This document shows, piece by piece, positions 35,679-45,433 of a stretch of DNA of 64,000 bases. Source of the DNA: Haloferula sp. (GTDB taxonomy: Bacteria > Verrucomicrobiota > Verrucomicrobiia > Verrucomicrobiales > Akkermansiaceae); assembly GCA_037190465.1 (NCBI GenBank), contig JBBCJF010000024.1, forward strand, positions 18,039 to 82,038, given 5' to 3'. The number at the start of each line of letters is the position of its first letter. Positions within the stretch are counted from its first letter, which is position 1. The notes under the pieces are model-generated. The model saw nothing but the letters and a program-made list of their open reading frames with translations. It was not told the DNA's origin and did not search any database. A program made the position numbers and the translations under genes.

Positions 35679-37547
35679 TCACGGGCTGACGATGGCCGCG
35701 GAGAGAGGCGGAAGCGTGACCAGCAGGGCATTTTCCGCCTTCCGGACTTTGGAAACCGCTCCGTCTTGGTCGGGCGGGGAAATTTGCCGGCCCCGGGCGA
35801 AGCGGGCCATTTCCTCCTCCGGTAGTTCGATGCGGAGGGTGCGCTCCTGCCCGCTGCGATTGAAGACGGCCAGCAGGATTTCCGATTCGTCCCGGCGGAC
35901 GAAGGCGAAGGATTGCTCGTCGTCGAAAGTCCCCACGGCGCGGTAGCCGCCTCCGCGCAGGACGGCGTGATTTTTCCGCAGGGAGATCGCCTCCTTGTGG
36001 AAGCGGAACAGCTCCCGGTCGAAGGCGACCGCATCCGGCTTCCGCGCCCTGCCGCGGGGGTCGGCGGCCTGCGGCCGGTAGATCAGGTCGTCCCACAGCA
36101 TCGGCATCCGGTCGTCGGGATCGTTGCCGCCCCACATGCCGGCTTCGTCGCCGTAGTAGAACATCGGCGCGCCGACGTAGGTTGCCTGAAAGAGCACGAT
36201 CATCCGCTGGATCGCTCGTTCGCTGGCATCAGGCTTGCGGACCTGATAGTCCGCCGAGTTCCGGGCGCTGGACGGGCCGGTGAAGGCGTCGCGCGGGTTG
36301 AAGGGAGGCTTGAGCGCGGCATTGACGATCATCGAAGCGATGCGCTCGGTGTCGTGGGAGCCCGTGAGGTTCTGCATCCGATGGAGGGATCGAGCGGGCA
36401 ACGCGGCGCGGCGCTCGTCAAGCAGCCGGGAGAATTCGGAGGCCCGGATCGAGTTGGCGGCGAGAAAGGCGCGGACCGGGGCGGCGAAACCATGGTAGTT
36501 CATCGCGGCATCGAAGCCTCCCCGCTCCAGCAGGACGCGCGGGTCGCCCCATTCCTCGCAACTGGTGTAGGCGCCGGGGTTGAGCTTGCGCACATGGGCG
36601 TGCCAGTCGGCCCAGAATTTCACCGGCAGCTCGCCCGCGACATCGAGGCGCCAGCCGTCCACGCCGTCGCCCGGATCGCCGTCGCCATCCGGGTCCATCC
36701 AGCGTTGCGTGACGGCGAAGACGTAGGCCTTCGGTCCGGGAGCCATGTCGGTTCCGTCATCGGATGCCTTGAAAACCGGCAGCCGCTCGTAGCCCCACCA
36801 GCCCTTGTAGCGGAACTCGTTCTTCTCCGTCGCCGGATCGTCGAAGGATTCGACGGCATACCAATCCTTGAAAGGGGATGCCGCCTGATTCCGCCGGATG
36901 TCGGCGAAGGCGAAGAAATCGCGGCCGGTGTGATTCCATACGCCGTCGATGATGACGCGGATGCCGCGTTTCCGTGCTTCGCCGAGCAGGCGCAGGAACA
37001 GTCTGTCTGCGGCGGTCCACCGCCAGGTCGAGGGATCTGCAGGATTCTCCTTCGCGATGATCGTCGCATCGCCCGCCGGGTCGGGACCGAGGTGGGGGTC
37101 GATGTGGTGGAAGCCGTCCCCGTCGTAGCGATGCAGCGACCGGGCTTTGAAGACGGGATTCAGATAGATCGCATTGATGCCGAGATCGGAGAGATAATCG
37201 AGCTTGCCCAGGATGCCCTGCAAGTCCCCGCCATAGCGGCGTTCGAACACACCGTCTCCATAGAAGTCCGGACCCAGTTCCTTCTCCCAATCCGCGCGCT
37301 CGTACCAGTCCCCCGTCCATGGCGAGATGTGCCATTTTCCCGAGGGCCGCAGCGGGAGTTCGAGGGAATCGCGTGTGGGATCGTTGGAGGGATCTCCGTT
37401 GCGGAAACGCTCGGGGAAAATCTGATACCACACCGCATCCTCCGCCCATTCCGCGGCGGGAGAACCCAGGACAAGCGCAAGGGTGGAAAGAAAACGCAAT
37501 GCCGGACGCACCGGCATGGACGAGCGGGAAAACGTCCGGAATGTCAT
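35679..37547 (-). CDS. Alpha-amylase family glycoside hydrolase (GH13, neopullulanase/cyclomaltodextrinase-like), secreted
   Basis: It has a signal peptide. Conserved GH13 regions are YQIFPERF, GGDLQGILGKLDYLSDLGINAIYLNPVF, IRVIIDGVWNHTG, GWRLDVAGE, EEWG and LTGSHDTER. Confidence 0.9.
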   Translation of the reverse strand: MTFRTFSRSSMPVRPALRFLSTLALVLGSPAAEWAEDAVWYQIFPERFRNGDPSNDPTRDSLELPLRPSGKWHISPWTGDWYERADWEKELGPDFYGDGVFERRYGGDLQGILGKLDYLSDLGINAIYLNPVFKARSLHRYDGDGFHHIDPHLGPDPAGDATIIAKENPADPSTWRWTAADRLFLRLLGEARKRGIRVIIDGVWNHTGRDFFAFADIRRNQAASPFKDWYAVESFDDPATEKNEFRYKGWWGYERLPVFKASDDGTDMAPGPKAYVFAVTQRWMDPDGDGDPGDGVDGWRLDVAGELPVKFWADWHAHVRKLNPGAYTSCEEWGDPRVLLERGGFDAAMNYHGFAAPVRAFLAANSIRASEFSRLLDERRAALPARSLHRMQNLTGSHDTERIASMIVNAALKPPFNPRDAFTGPSSARNSADYQVRKPDASERAIQRMIVLFQATYVGAPMFYYGDEAGMWGGNDPDDRMPMLWDDLIYRPQAADPRGRARKPDAVAFDRELFRFHKEAISLRKNHAVLRGGGYRAVGTFDDEQSFAFVRRDESEILLAVFNRSGQERTLRIELPEEEMARFARGRQISPPDQDGAVSKVRKAENALLVTLPPLSAAIVSP

Positions 37548-37621
37548 GGCTTCGGGAAAACGAAAGACCGGTCCGCCACCGGATTCGCGGCGGGCCGGGC
37601 GATCGCAGGAATGCGGCGGAA

Positions 37622-38347
37622 TCAACGCCGGCGCCTCAGCAGGCCGAGCAGTAAAAGCCCTCCCAACAGAGCGGATGAGGAGGGTTCGGGAACGACCGTG
37701 ATGTCGCCGAGAAAGACATCGCGTTGGTTTCCGCCTTCGGAGTTGTTCGTGAAGAACACCAATTGATCGATGGAGGCGAGGCTGTTGGCGAAGGTCCCCG
37801 TGGTGGAATAGTTCACAGTATCACCGGCGGCCTCGAAAGAGTAGGTGCCCGCCCCGGTCAGCGTCAGGGTCAGGTACATTCCGAAGTCGGTCCATCCCTG
37901 GTCGGTGGTCGTGACCCCGGAAGCGTCGGCCACCTGATAGTTGGCCTGTCCGCCGGTGAAGCTCCAGGTGATCCCGGCGTTTCCGCCGCTGCCGAAGGCG
38001 AGCGAAACGACGCTGCCGTCCGGAATCCAGCCGTTGTCGAAGCCAATGGTGACCGACTGCCCGACCGCCAGCGCTCCGCCGACCATCTCCCAGGTGGCTG
38101 TGACGGACCCGCCGCTGGACCAGAATCCCCAGGAAGAGTCCGGCAGAGGAGAGGGATTGCTGCTGCCGCCATTGCTGGCGGGGTTGCCGGGGTAGAAGCT
38201 GCCGGCGTTTCCGACGACATTGACGGTCCAGCCGTCGTCCCCGGGACTGGCGGCGGGGTTCCAGGTGCCGATAGTGGCGGCGTTTGCGGCCAGAGGCGCC
38301 AGCAACGCCCCGAGGACGGTCAGTTTGTTCTTCATGCGATTCATCAT
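37622..38347 (-). CDS. PEP-CTERM sorting domain-containing secreted protein
   Basis: 241 aa from ATGATG (MMNRMKNKLTVLGALLAPLAANA). The C-terminus is VVPEPSSSALLGGLLLLGLLRRRR. The upstream 318 codons of the ORF-track entry are rejected. Confidence 0.85.
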   Translation of the reverse strand: MMNRMKNKLTVLGALLAPLAANAATIGTWNPAASPGDDGWTVNVVGNAGSFYPGNPASNGGSSNPSPLPDSSWGFWSSGGSVTATWEMVGGALAVGQSVTIGFDNGWIPDGSVVSLAFGSGGNAGITWSFTGGQANYQVADASGVTTTDQGWTDFGMYLTLTLTGAGTYSFEAAGDTVNYSTTGTFANSLASIDQLVFFTNNSEGGNQRDVFLGDITVVPEPSSSALLGGLLLLGLLRRRR

Positions 38348-38382
38348 TGGGGTTGGTGTATTCCTTTTTTGGGTTTTTCCGG

Positions 38383-41300
38383 TCACGGCACGTCCACGAC
38401 TTGGAAAAAGCGCTTCGGTTCGCCGGAGAGATTCACGGGCAGGGTGACGGTTGCCGAGCTGCCGGTCGCGGTGAACTGGCTGCCCGGCACGTCGGTGAAG
38501 CCTTGCAGCGTCGTGGAGTCGCGGACCATGTAGTTCTTGCCGGCTTCCAGCCCCTCGACGGTGAGCCGGATCTGTGTGCCGCCGTTGATCAACTGCACGG
38601 AGGTGATCTTCAGATCGGCTTCCACGGGCACCGCGACGGTGAAGAACTGCTCGCCGGCGAAGTTGTTGAAGTCGATGCCGGCGAGGCTGCCGGTGAAGTT
38701 CCCCGCGCCGTCGCCGCCGAGGTTGCCCTGCGGCGCGGGCAGGCCGCCGAGGATCTGGTTGGAGAGGTAGTTGTGGCTCGACGAATTCTGCATCACGGCG
38801 AGCCGGATGCTGCCCGAAGGATTGCCGAGGTCGGAGAGGGCGATGCTCAGTTCCAGCCCCGTGGTCACCGCGGCGGCGGCTTCGGTGTCGGCGGCGGTGT
38901 CGCCGCCGGTCACTCCGGCGGTATTGCCGTTGTCGTAGGCGATGCCGATGGGGCTGGCGTTGCCCGCGCCGCTGCCGGTCATCGCGCTGCCTTCCATCGA
39001 ACCGCCGAAGACGTCTCCGTGGTAACTGAATGCCTTCGTCGCGAGGTTCGCGATGTCGAGATCGAAGCGGTTGCCGCTCCCGCGGCGCGCGATGAGATGA
39101 TAGTCCGGGCTGAAACCGGCGTCGAAGACGAGCCCGTTCATGACGCCGGATTCGTCGTTGCCCGCCGTTTCGAGGACATTCGTGGCGACGGCGTTGGTGG
39201 AGTCGATGAAGATTTCCAGCTTGTTGTAATTCGCCTCCAGATTCCCGGTGAGCATGAGGTGGAGCCTGCCGTTCCGGACATAGGCGTAGGCGGCGTTCCA
39301 TTCGCTGAAGTTGTCGCCGAACCCGGTGTTGACCGTCTGGATCGCGAGCGGTTCGCCGTAGAGCGCGTCGCGGGCGCCGTCGAGAATGATGAGGCCGGCT
39401 GTCGTGGAGTTGCTCTCCGGATCGAGCGGGTCGGTGCCCTGCGCGACTTCGGTGCCGTCGTCTTCGCCATCGTCATCGGTATCGGGATTCAGCGGGTCGG
39501 TTTCATGGACATTCACTTCGTCGCCGTCGGAGAGGCCGTCATTGTCGGTGTCGAACTCGCGGGGATCGGTGCCCAGCGCGATCTCGTCGCTGTCGGAGAG
39601 GCCGTCGCCGTCGCTATCGGGGCTGAGCGGATCGGTGCCGGCCGCCTGCTCCGCGGCATTGTCGAGACCGTCGCCGTCGTCGTCTCCATTGGCCACGGGT
39701 GTGATGCCCGAGTGAACTTCTTCCCATGAATCCCGAAGATCGTTCGAATCGCCGTCGGTGCCCGTGCTGCGGAGGGATTCCCAGGTCAGGCCGAGCACCA
39801 GATCGTCCCAGCGCACAGGACCGGCGCCGCCCGAAGCGAGGCGCACCGCGGAAGCGCGGGCACTGGTGGGGAAGTTCGTGAAAACCTCGATGGCCGCAAC
39901 CGGTTCGGGTTGGGAAAGATCGGGATCGATCCACAGCCAGACGATGCCTTGGTAACTGTCGATCTTGGCCACCAGTTCGTAGGTCTGCCCATCGGCCGGA
40001 ACCAAGGAAGAAAAGGTGGCGCCGGAAACTCCCGGCTCATCGATGCCGAATTTCCGCTCGCCTTCGTCGAGGGCGCCGACGACGCCGAAGAACAGCTCTT
40101 CCTCGCCGTCGACCAGAAAACTGAGGCCGCTCCACGTCGCGCCCGGCCGGCGGGTGAGCTTCACTTTCGCGTAGAGGGTCGTATTGGCGGCGTGTTCGTC
40201 GAAGAGACCGATGCTCTCGCCGCCCGTGGCCGCTCCGTTGAAGGGGCGGATCGCACCGCTGCCATGGGTGGACAGGCGGCCATGGAAGACCGACGGTTCG
40301 CCGAAGGCGGCCGACCAGATGCTGCTCGCGCCGGTGTGGCCGGTGTAGGGATCGTTCTCTTCGCGGTTGTCATAGTCGAAAAGTTCCCCGCCCGCCCGTC
40401 CGGCGATCGAGCCGTTCACGTAGTCGAAGTGCTCGATGCCGATGACATCGGGCCGCTCGTTCGCGGGGAGGCTCCCGTCGGAATTCGGATCGCTGCCCGA
40501 TGCGATCTCGGTCGCGTCGTTGACGTGGTCGCCGTCGCTGTCCTTTTCGAGGGGGTTGGTACCATGGATGTGGATCTCGTCGCCGTCGCTCAGCAGGTCG
40601 CCGTCGGTGTCGGGGTTCAGGGGATCGGTGCCATGGACATGGACTTCGGCACCGTCGCTGAGGCCGTCGGAATCGCTGTCGGGGTTTTTCGGGTGGGTGT
40701 GGTTGATATATTCATCCAGATTGGTCAGCCCGTCTTCGTCCGGATCGCCGGAGGCGCCGTTGTCCGGGTCGACGGAGCCGTCGTCTTCTGGATCGAGCCC
40801 ATAGGCGATTTCCCACTCGTCCGGCAGGCTGTCGCCGTCGGTATCGATGGCGCTGGCCACTGTGGTCACGTCGGACCATAGGGCGCCGAAGCGGATTTCG
40901 TCGATGATGAGACCGTTGCTGTCGTTGAAACGGGCGACCGAAACGCGATCCACCTGCAGGTTGAAGCCGCTTTTCGCAAAGACCGGCGGACCGGAAAGCG
41001 TCTCGCTGGAGAGGTCGGACGGATTTCGCCAGATCTGGATGGCATCGCCGTTGTTCTCCGCCGAGAAGGTGATCTTGCCGATGAAGAGGTTCACTTCGGT
41101 ATCCGCCGGGCCCAGATCGCCGGCGAAGCCGTTGTCATTGTTGTTGAATAGCCGGACGGTGAAGCGGTCGCTACCCGCGGGATTCGCCGTTCCTTCGCCG
41201 GTCACGATCTGGAGCCTGCGGTTCGCACCGTCGTCGAAGCCACCTTGGTGGAGTTCGAAGCCGCGGTACTTGTGTTCCGCCACGCCGTCGAGCTGAATGA

Positions 41301-41688
41301 GGAAGGAGAAATAGACCGTCTCCTCGGTGGTATTGGTGTAGGGGGCGCCCAGCAGGCGGCCGGCACGGCCGTTCCCGCCACCCAAGTACTGGATGGCGCC
41401 GCCCGAGACGGTGAGGTCGTTGGTTCCGTCCGAATAGTTCAGGCCGCCGGCGATGACGGCGGGCGACTGAGCGCCGCCGTACGCGGCGAGCCAGTTGCCG
41501 GTGAAGCCTTGCGCGGCGGGCCCCTGGCCTACCAGGTTGCCGGGGTCATAGCCGGGCGGGCCGTCGGCGGGAAAGGAATCGGCGGCGGAAAGGGCGGCAT
41601 GGGCTGCGGGATTCGCCGCGAGGATCAGGCAAGCGACTGCCGGTTTGATGAACCGGCCACATACCCGGCGATCGGCGGGATTCTTCAT
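38383..41688 (-). CDS. Large secreted protein with two LamG-like jelly-roll modules, two thrombospondin-type-3 (Ca-binding DxDxDGxxDxxE) repeat blocks and a C-terminal beta-sandwich region
   Basis: 1,101 aa from the internal ATG (MKNPADRRVCGRFIKPAVACLILAANPAAHA). TSP3-like runs are DTDGDSLPDEWE..DPDEDGLTNLDE..DSDSDGLSDGAE..DTDGDLLSDGDE and DSDGDGLSDSDE..DTDNDGLSDGDE..DTDDDGEDDGTE. Confidence 0.85.
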   Translation of the reverse strand: MKNPADRRVCGRFIKPAVACLILAANPAAHAALSAADSFPADGPPGYDPGNLVGQGPAAQGFTGNWLAAYGGAQSPAVIAGGLNYSDGTNDLTVSGGAIQYLGGGNGRAGRLLGAPYTNTTEETVYFSFLIQLDGVAEHKYRGFELHQGGFDDGANRRLQIVTGEGTANPAGSDRFTVRLFNNNDNGFAGDLGPADTEVNLFIGKITFSAENNGDAIQIWRNPSDLSSETLSGPPVFAKSGFNLQVDRVSVARFNDSNGLIIDEIRFGALWSDVTTVASAIDTDGDSLPDEWEIAYGLDPEDDGSVDPDNGASGDPDEDGLTNLDEYINHTHPKNPDSDSDGLSDGAEVHVHGTDPLNPDTDGDLLSDGDEIHIHGTNPLEKDSDGDHVNDATEIASGSDPNSDGSLPANERPDVIGIEHFDYVNGSIAGRAGGELFDYDNREENDPYTGHTGASSIWSAAFGEPSVFHGRLSTHGSGAIRPFNGAATGGESIGLFDEHAANTTLYAKVKLTRRPGATWSGLSFLVDGEEELFFGVVGALDEGERKFGIDEPGVSGATFSSLVPADGQTYELVAKIDSYQGIVWLWIDPDLSQPEPVAAIEVFTNFPTSARASAVRLASGGAGPVRWDDLVLGLTWESLRSTGTDGDSNDLRDSWEEVHSGITPVANGDDDGDGLDNAAEQAAGTDPLSPDSDGDGLSDSDEIALGTDPREFDTDNDGLSDGDEVNVHETDPLNPDTDDDGEDDGTEVAQGTDPLDPESNSTTAGLIILDGARDALYGEPLAIQTVNTGFGDNFSEWNAAYAYVRNGRLHLMLTGNLEANYNKLEIFIDSTNAVATNVLETAGNDESGVMNGLVFDAGFSPDYHLIARRGSGNRFDLDIANLATKAFSYHGDVFGGSMEGSAMTGSGAGNASPIGIAYDNGNTAGVTGGDTAADTEAAAAVTTGLELSIALSDLGNPSGSIRLAVMQNSSSHNYLSNQILGGLPAPQGNLGGDGAGNFTGSLAGIDFNNFAGEQFFTVAVPVEADLKITSVQLINGGTQIRLTVEGLEAGKNYMVRDSTTLQGFTDVPGSQFTATGSSATVTLPVNLSGEPKRFFQVVDVP

Positions 41689-41895
41689 GGGTTTTCGATG
41701 GGTTGCACCGTGCCGGAGCGGCCTTGGTGCCGATACCGTCACATGTGCATATGGAGGAAAGGTGGCGGAGGTTTACCGGGATCGTCCGGTTTTTTGCGGG
41801 TCTCTGGAGGGAAGGCGAAGGCCGAACGTCGAATGAGGAAAGACAGGCCGAAGCGGCAGCGGCTGGTCGATTCGAAGTTCGGCGTTCGATGTTCG

Positions 41896-43344
41896 TCAGC
41901 CCGGCTGACGCACGGTGTTCACCGCCGAAAGCACGGTGACACGAATCTTGCGCACGGTGATGTTGCTGCGCACGTCGACATCTTCGGGCATGATCACATC
42001 CTCTTCCCTGACCCCGGTATCATGGATGGCGTCGCGCTGGCTGCCATTGGCCAGACGGATGCGATCGAAGGCAAGCCCCGGGGCGATCCACTGCGAGGCC
42101 AGCGGCATGCCGGTGGTTTCCTCGCCCTCGAAAAGCTCCGCAAGGCCGGTGCGGTAGTTGTAGCGCAGCGTCACCTTGCTTTTACCGGCGAGCAGCGGAC
42201 AGGCATTGATGGCCTGCCAGCCGACGGGGTGGAGCGCCCAGTCGCCGTCCGGCCCGCAGGGATCGCCTACGAAAATCCGCTCCTGATTGCCCGTGTAGAG
42301 GCTGACGCCGGCCCAGCCGACATCGCCGGGACCTTCCGCTTCGACGGTGAGCAGCAGGATGTGTGTAAGGTCGTCAAGCCGGGGCGAACCGAGCGGGGCG
42401 AAGGCCGCGTTGCGGTGCTGCCCGCGGGTATCGACGCAGCCGCCGCGGATTTCCATTTTGCCGTGAAGGACTTCCCAGGCCCCCGAGCCGATATTGGGCT
42501 TCCTGCCATGCAGAGGCGTGCCGTCGGCTTCGCTGAAATCCTCGTGAAAGACCACGATCTTTTCCGGGAAAGCGGTCGAGAAAGCGCCGGGCCGTATCGG
42601 CTCGGCGAGTTCGTTGTCCTTCCATGCGGTGCCTTGGCCGGTCTCCAGTTCGCGCTCCTCGCCGGGGCGCTCGATGGGATGCAACCGCACCTTGCCCTTG
42701 AGCACATGGACCTCCTCCGGTTGGCCGGGATCGGCGATGATGCCGAACTCGGTGCCGAGGTCTTTCACGAAGAACGCATTGGTGGCGCAGACGAATCCCT
42801 CGGCGCCTTGCGGGACTTCGAACCATGCGCGGCCGGCGTGCAGGTGGAGCCTGTTCGCCTCCTGCAACTCCAGCTTTCCCGGTCCCTCGATGTAGCCGCG
42901 CACGCCGCTGGGCAGGGTGATCGAGACCGAGCCGCGCTCCAGATCCAGCACGGAGCCGATCCACATGCTCCCGCCGCCCACTCTGCCGGCGGGATGGTCG
43001 AGACGACCTCTCGACTCGGGGCCATAGACCAGTTCGGCCCGCGGTTCGGGAACCGCCATTCTTACGAAGACGAGTGCTGTAAGCATCGCCGCCACGGCCG
43101 CGGCCAGGGCGAAAAACGCGCGGCGGCGGCGCAGCAACACCGGCCCGGCGGGCAGATGCGAGAGTTCCACGCGGGAGGATTCGAATTTTTCGATCAGCAG
43201 ATGGTGCGATTTGACGTAGCTGAGATAGAGGCGGCGGAATGCGGCGTCTGTGCAAAGCCGGTCCTCGACGCGCTGGAACTCCGCCTCGCCGAGTTTCCCG
43301 TCGAGCAGTCGCTGGATGCAGGCTTCGTCGTCGCGCAGTTTCAT
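41896..43344 (-). CDS. FecR-like anti-sigma factor with a C-terminal LamG-like extracytoplasmic domain
   Basis: 482 aa. There is an N-terminal anti-sigma helix (CIQRLLDGKLGEAEFQRVEDRLCTD), one TM segment (FFALAAAVAAMLTALVFV), and a FecR beta region (LPSGVRGYIEGPGKLEL..AGRAWFEV). The ATG overlaps the sigma gene stop (ATGA). Confidence 0.8.
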   Translation of the reverse strand: MKLRDDEACIQRLLDGKLGEAEFQRVEDRLCTDAAFRRLYLSYVKSHHLLIEKFESSRVELSHLPAGPVLLRRRRAFFALAAAVAAMLTALVFVRMAVPEPRAELVYGPESRGRLDHPAGRVGGGSMWIGSVLDLERGSVSITLPSGVRGYIEGPGKLELQEANRLHLHAGRAWFEVPQGAEGFVCATNAFFVKDLGTEFGIIADPGQPEEVHVLKGKVRLHPIERPGEERELETGQGTAWKDNELAEPIRPGAFSTAFPEKIVVFHEDFSEADGTPLHGRKPNIGSGAWEVLHGKMEIRGGCVDTRGQHRNAAFAPLGSPRLDDLTHILLLTVEAEGPGDVGWAGVSLYTGNQERIFVGDPCGPDGDWALHPVGWQAINACPLLAGKSKVTLRYNYRTGLAELFEGEETTGMPLASQWIAPGLAFDRIRLANGSQRDAIHDTGVREEDVIMPEDVDVRSNITVRKIRVTVLSAVNTVRQPG

Positions 43345-43874
43345 GGTTGGACGGCCGGTTCCGAAATGGTCCCTTCGATGCAGCGGCGCAGCGCCGCACG
43401 GATTTTGAAGAGGCGGGCTTTCAGGGTGCCCGCGCTGCGGTTCAGCGAGCGGGCGTATTGATCCAGCCCGCAGCCGCTGGCGTAGCGCATTTGCACCAGT
43501 TCGCGGTCGTGCGGACGGAGCTTGGCCAGGCAGCCCTCCAGCGCCTGGAGCGCTTCCTCCCAATCGGTGCGGTCGTCCTCCAGCTCTTCGGCGAGGATTT
43601 CCGCGGCCTTTTCGCCGAAGACCAGCCAGCCGCCGCGCTGGATGCGCTTGCGCTGGGCCATCACCTCGTAGCGGGCGACGGCGAAGGCCCAGCTTTTGAA
43701 ATTCGTGCCAGGGACGAAATCCGACTTCAGTTCCCACAGTTTGAGATTCGTCTGCTGGAGCACGTCCTGCGAACCGGGCGCGCCGCCCAGCAGGGAGCGA
43801 ATGTAAGCGAGCACGGATCCCTGGTGCAGCGTGAGCTGCCGGATGAACTCGTGGTCCGGGTTTTCGTCGTTCAT
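43341..43874 (-). CDS. ECF-type RNA polymerase sigma factor (sigma-70 family, regions 2 and 4)
   Basis: 177 aa from the internal ATG ([15 protein letters not shown]). Region 2 is [24 protein letters not shown]. Region 4 is [40 protein letters not shown]. Confidence 0.9.
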   Translation of the reverse strand: MNDENPDHEFIRQLTLHQGSVLAYIRSLLGGAPGSQDVLQQTNLKLWELKSDFVPGTNFKSWAFAVARYEVMAQRKRIQRGGWLVFGEKAAEILAEELEDDRTDWEEALQALEGCLAKLRPHDRELVQMRYASGCGLDQYARSLNRSAGTLKARLFKIRAALRRCIEGTISEPAVQP

Positions 43875-44014
43875 CACCGGCAAATGGCGGATTTCCGGAA
43901 AAGGTTTATCCCCGATCGCCGCCGGGTTTCCATGCGAAATCCGCACAGCGTCCTTGGCACTCCGGGACCGGCCCGCTAGGAAGCCCGCGCGACCTTCCAC
44001 TTCCCTTTTTCATC

Positions 44015-44941
44015 ATGCGAATCCTCATCACCGGCGGCGCCGGATTCCTCGGCTCCCATCTCTGCGAACGCCTCCTCGGCGAAGGGCACGACATCCTGTG
44101 CCTCGACAACTTTTTCACCGGCCGGAAGGAAAACGTCCGCCACCTGATCGGCGACCCGCATTTCGAGCTGATCCGCCACGATGTCTGCGATCCGTTCAAG
44201 TTCGAGGTGGACCAGATCTACAATCTCGCCTGCCCCGCCTCGCCGCCTCACTACCAGCACAACCCGATCAAGACGACCAAGACCTCCGTGCTCGGCGCCA
44301 TGCATTGTCTGGGCAACGCGAAACGCGTCGGCGCGCGGGTTTTCCAGGCATCCACTTCGGAAGTCTACGGCGACCCGGAGGTCCACCCCCAGCCGGAGTC
44401 CTACAAAGGCAGCGTGAACCCCATCGGCATCCGCGCCTGCTACGACGAGGGCAAGCGCTGCGCCGAGACGCTCTTCTTCGACTATCACCGGCAGAACGGC
44501 GTCGATATCCGCGTGGTCCGCATCTTCAACACCTACGGCCCCCGCATGCTGGCCGACGATGGGCGGGTGGTTTCGAATTTCATCGTCCAGGCGCTTAAGG
44601 GGCAGGATCTGACCATCTACGGCGACGGCACGCAGACGCGTTCGTTTTGTTACGTGGACGATCTGATCGATGGTTTCGTCCGGCTGATGAATCACCCAAC
44701 CCTGACGGGGCCGGTGAATATCGGCAACCCGGGTGAATTCACCATGCTCGAACTTGCCGAAAAGGTGCTCGCGAAAGTCGGCGGGGCTTCGAAGATTTCC
44801 TTCCACCCGCTCCCCGGCGATGATCCGAAGCAGCGCCAGCCGGACATTTCGCTGGCCCGCGCGGAACTCGGCTGGGAGCCGAAAGTGCCGCTCGACGAAG
44901 GGCTCGAGCGGACGATCGAGTATTTCCGGAAGATGGTTTGA
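44015..44941 (+). CDS. UDP-glucuronate decarboxylase (UDP-xylose synthase), SDR family
   Basis: [64 protein letters not shown] is colinear with UXS enzymes. Confidence 0.95.
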   Translation: MRILITGGAGFLGSHLCERLLGEGHDILCLDNFFTGRKENVRHLIGDPHFELIRHDVCDPFKFEVDQIYNLACPASPPHYQHNPIKTTKTSVLGAMHCLGNAKRVGARVFQASTSEVYGDPEVHPQPESYKGSVNPIGIRACYDEGKRCAETLFFDYHRQNGVDIRVVRIFNTYGPRMLADDGRVVSNFIVQALKGQDLTIYGDGTQTRSFCYVDDLIDGFVRLMNHPTLTGPVNIGNPGEFTMLELAEKVLAKVGGASKISFHPLPGDDPKQRQPDISLARAELGWEPKVPLDEGLERTIEYFRKMV

Positions 44942-44954
44942 TCCATACGGAGAG

Positions 44955-45075
44955 CCGGGAGCGCGGAGCCCCAGCTCCGCAGAAGGAAGAGCAGGGATTC
45001 GATACCCGTCCACGCCGTAATGGAGAATGACGGCTCTCCCCCTGCTTCTGCGGAGCTGGGGCTCCGCGCTCCCGG
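44955..45075. repeat. REPIN-like doublet, copy 2
   Basis: The arms CCGGGAGCGCGGAGCCCCAGCTCCGCAGAAG are perfect inverted repeats. The spacer is about 80% identical to copy 1. It lies between convergent genes. Confidence 0.8.
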
Positions 45076-45082
45076 AGGGCGA

Positions 45083-45433
45083 TCAGACCAGCGGATACTC
45101 GCCGTCTTCGCCGATGCCGACCCAGCCGAGGGTGCCGAAGGCGCGCAGGATCGCGTCTGCAGGCTCTTCATCCTCGCCCTCGCCGTGCTCGATGGTGGCG
45201 GAGGAGGTCAGGCCGCGCATCGACTCGATGCTGATGACCGTGCCGTATCCTTCGAGATGAATCCAGTCCCCCCAGTTCTTCGCTTCGTGGCGGGGGGAGA
45301 GCTTTTCCTTCCGCAGCGCTTCGACGACTTCGCGGATGGTACAGGGATCTTCGGATTCGGGCAGTTGCAGAACGGTTTCCATTCGGGCGCTTTCGAGATG
45401 ATCCGCCGGAAAGAGCCGGAAAGATTCAGGCAT
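45083..45433 (-). CDS. Hypothetical small acidic protein
   Basis: About 116 aa from the internal ATG (MPESFRLFPADHLES). It overlaps the ABC exporter stop by 8 nt. I recognise no motif. An alternative ATG is at 45382. Confidence 0.4.
   Translation of the reverse strand: MPESFRLFPADHLESARMETVLQLPESEDPCTIREVVEALRKEKLSPRHEAKNWGDWIHLEGYGTVISIESMRGLTSSATIEHGEGEDEEPADAILRAFGTLGWVGIGEDGEYPLV

Noticed and set aside
39380-40800. Periodic DNA repeats (gtcggagaggccgtc.. and similar) that could be mistaken for a repeat array or CRISPR.
   Set aside because: The periodicity is in-frame and encodes DxDxDGxxDxxE thrombospondin-type-3 repeats of the 1,101-aa protein. There is no repeat/spacer architecture.
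41743-41895. Candidate ECF-type -35 elements: GTAAACC upstream of the giant gene and GGAAACC at about 43.93 kb upstream of the sigma gene.
   Set aside because: Only a 6-7 nt resemblance exists, with no matching -10 element or conserved spacing. It is too weak to call from sequence alone.
35913-43461. Long plus-strand ORFs (617, 481, 323 and 738 aa) across the GH13, PEP-CTERM, TSP3 and anti-sigma genes.
   Set aside because: All are antisense to minus-strand genes that have signal peptides and clear motifs. Their composition is typical of GC-driven open frames.
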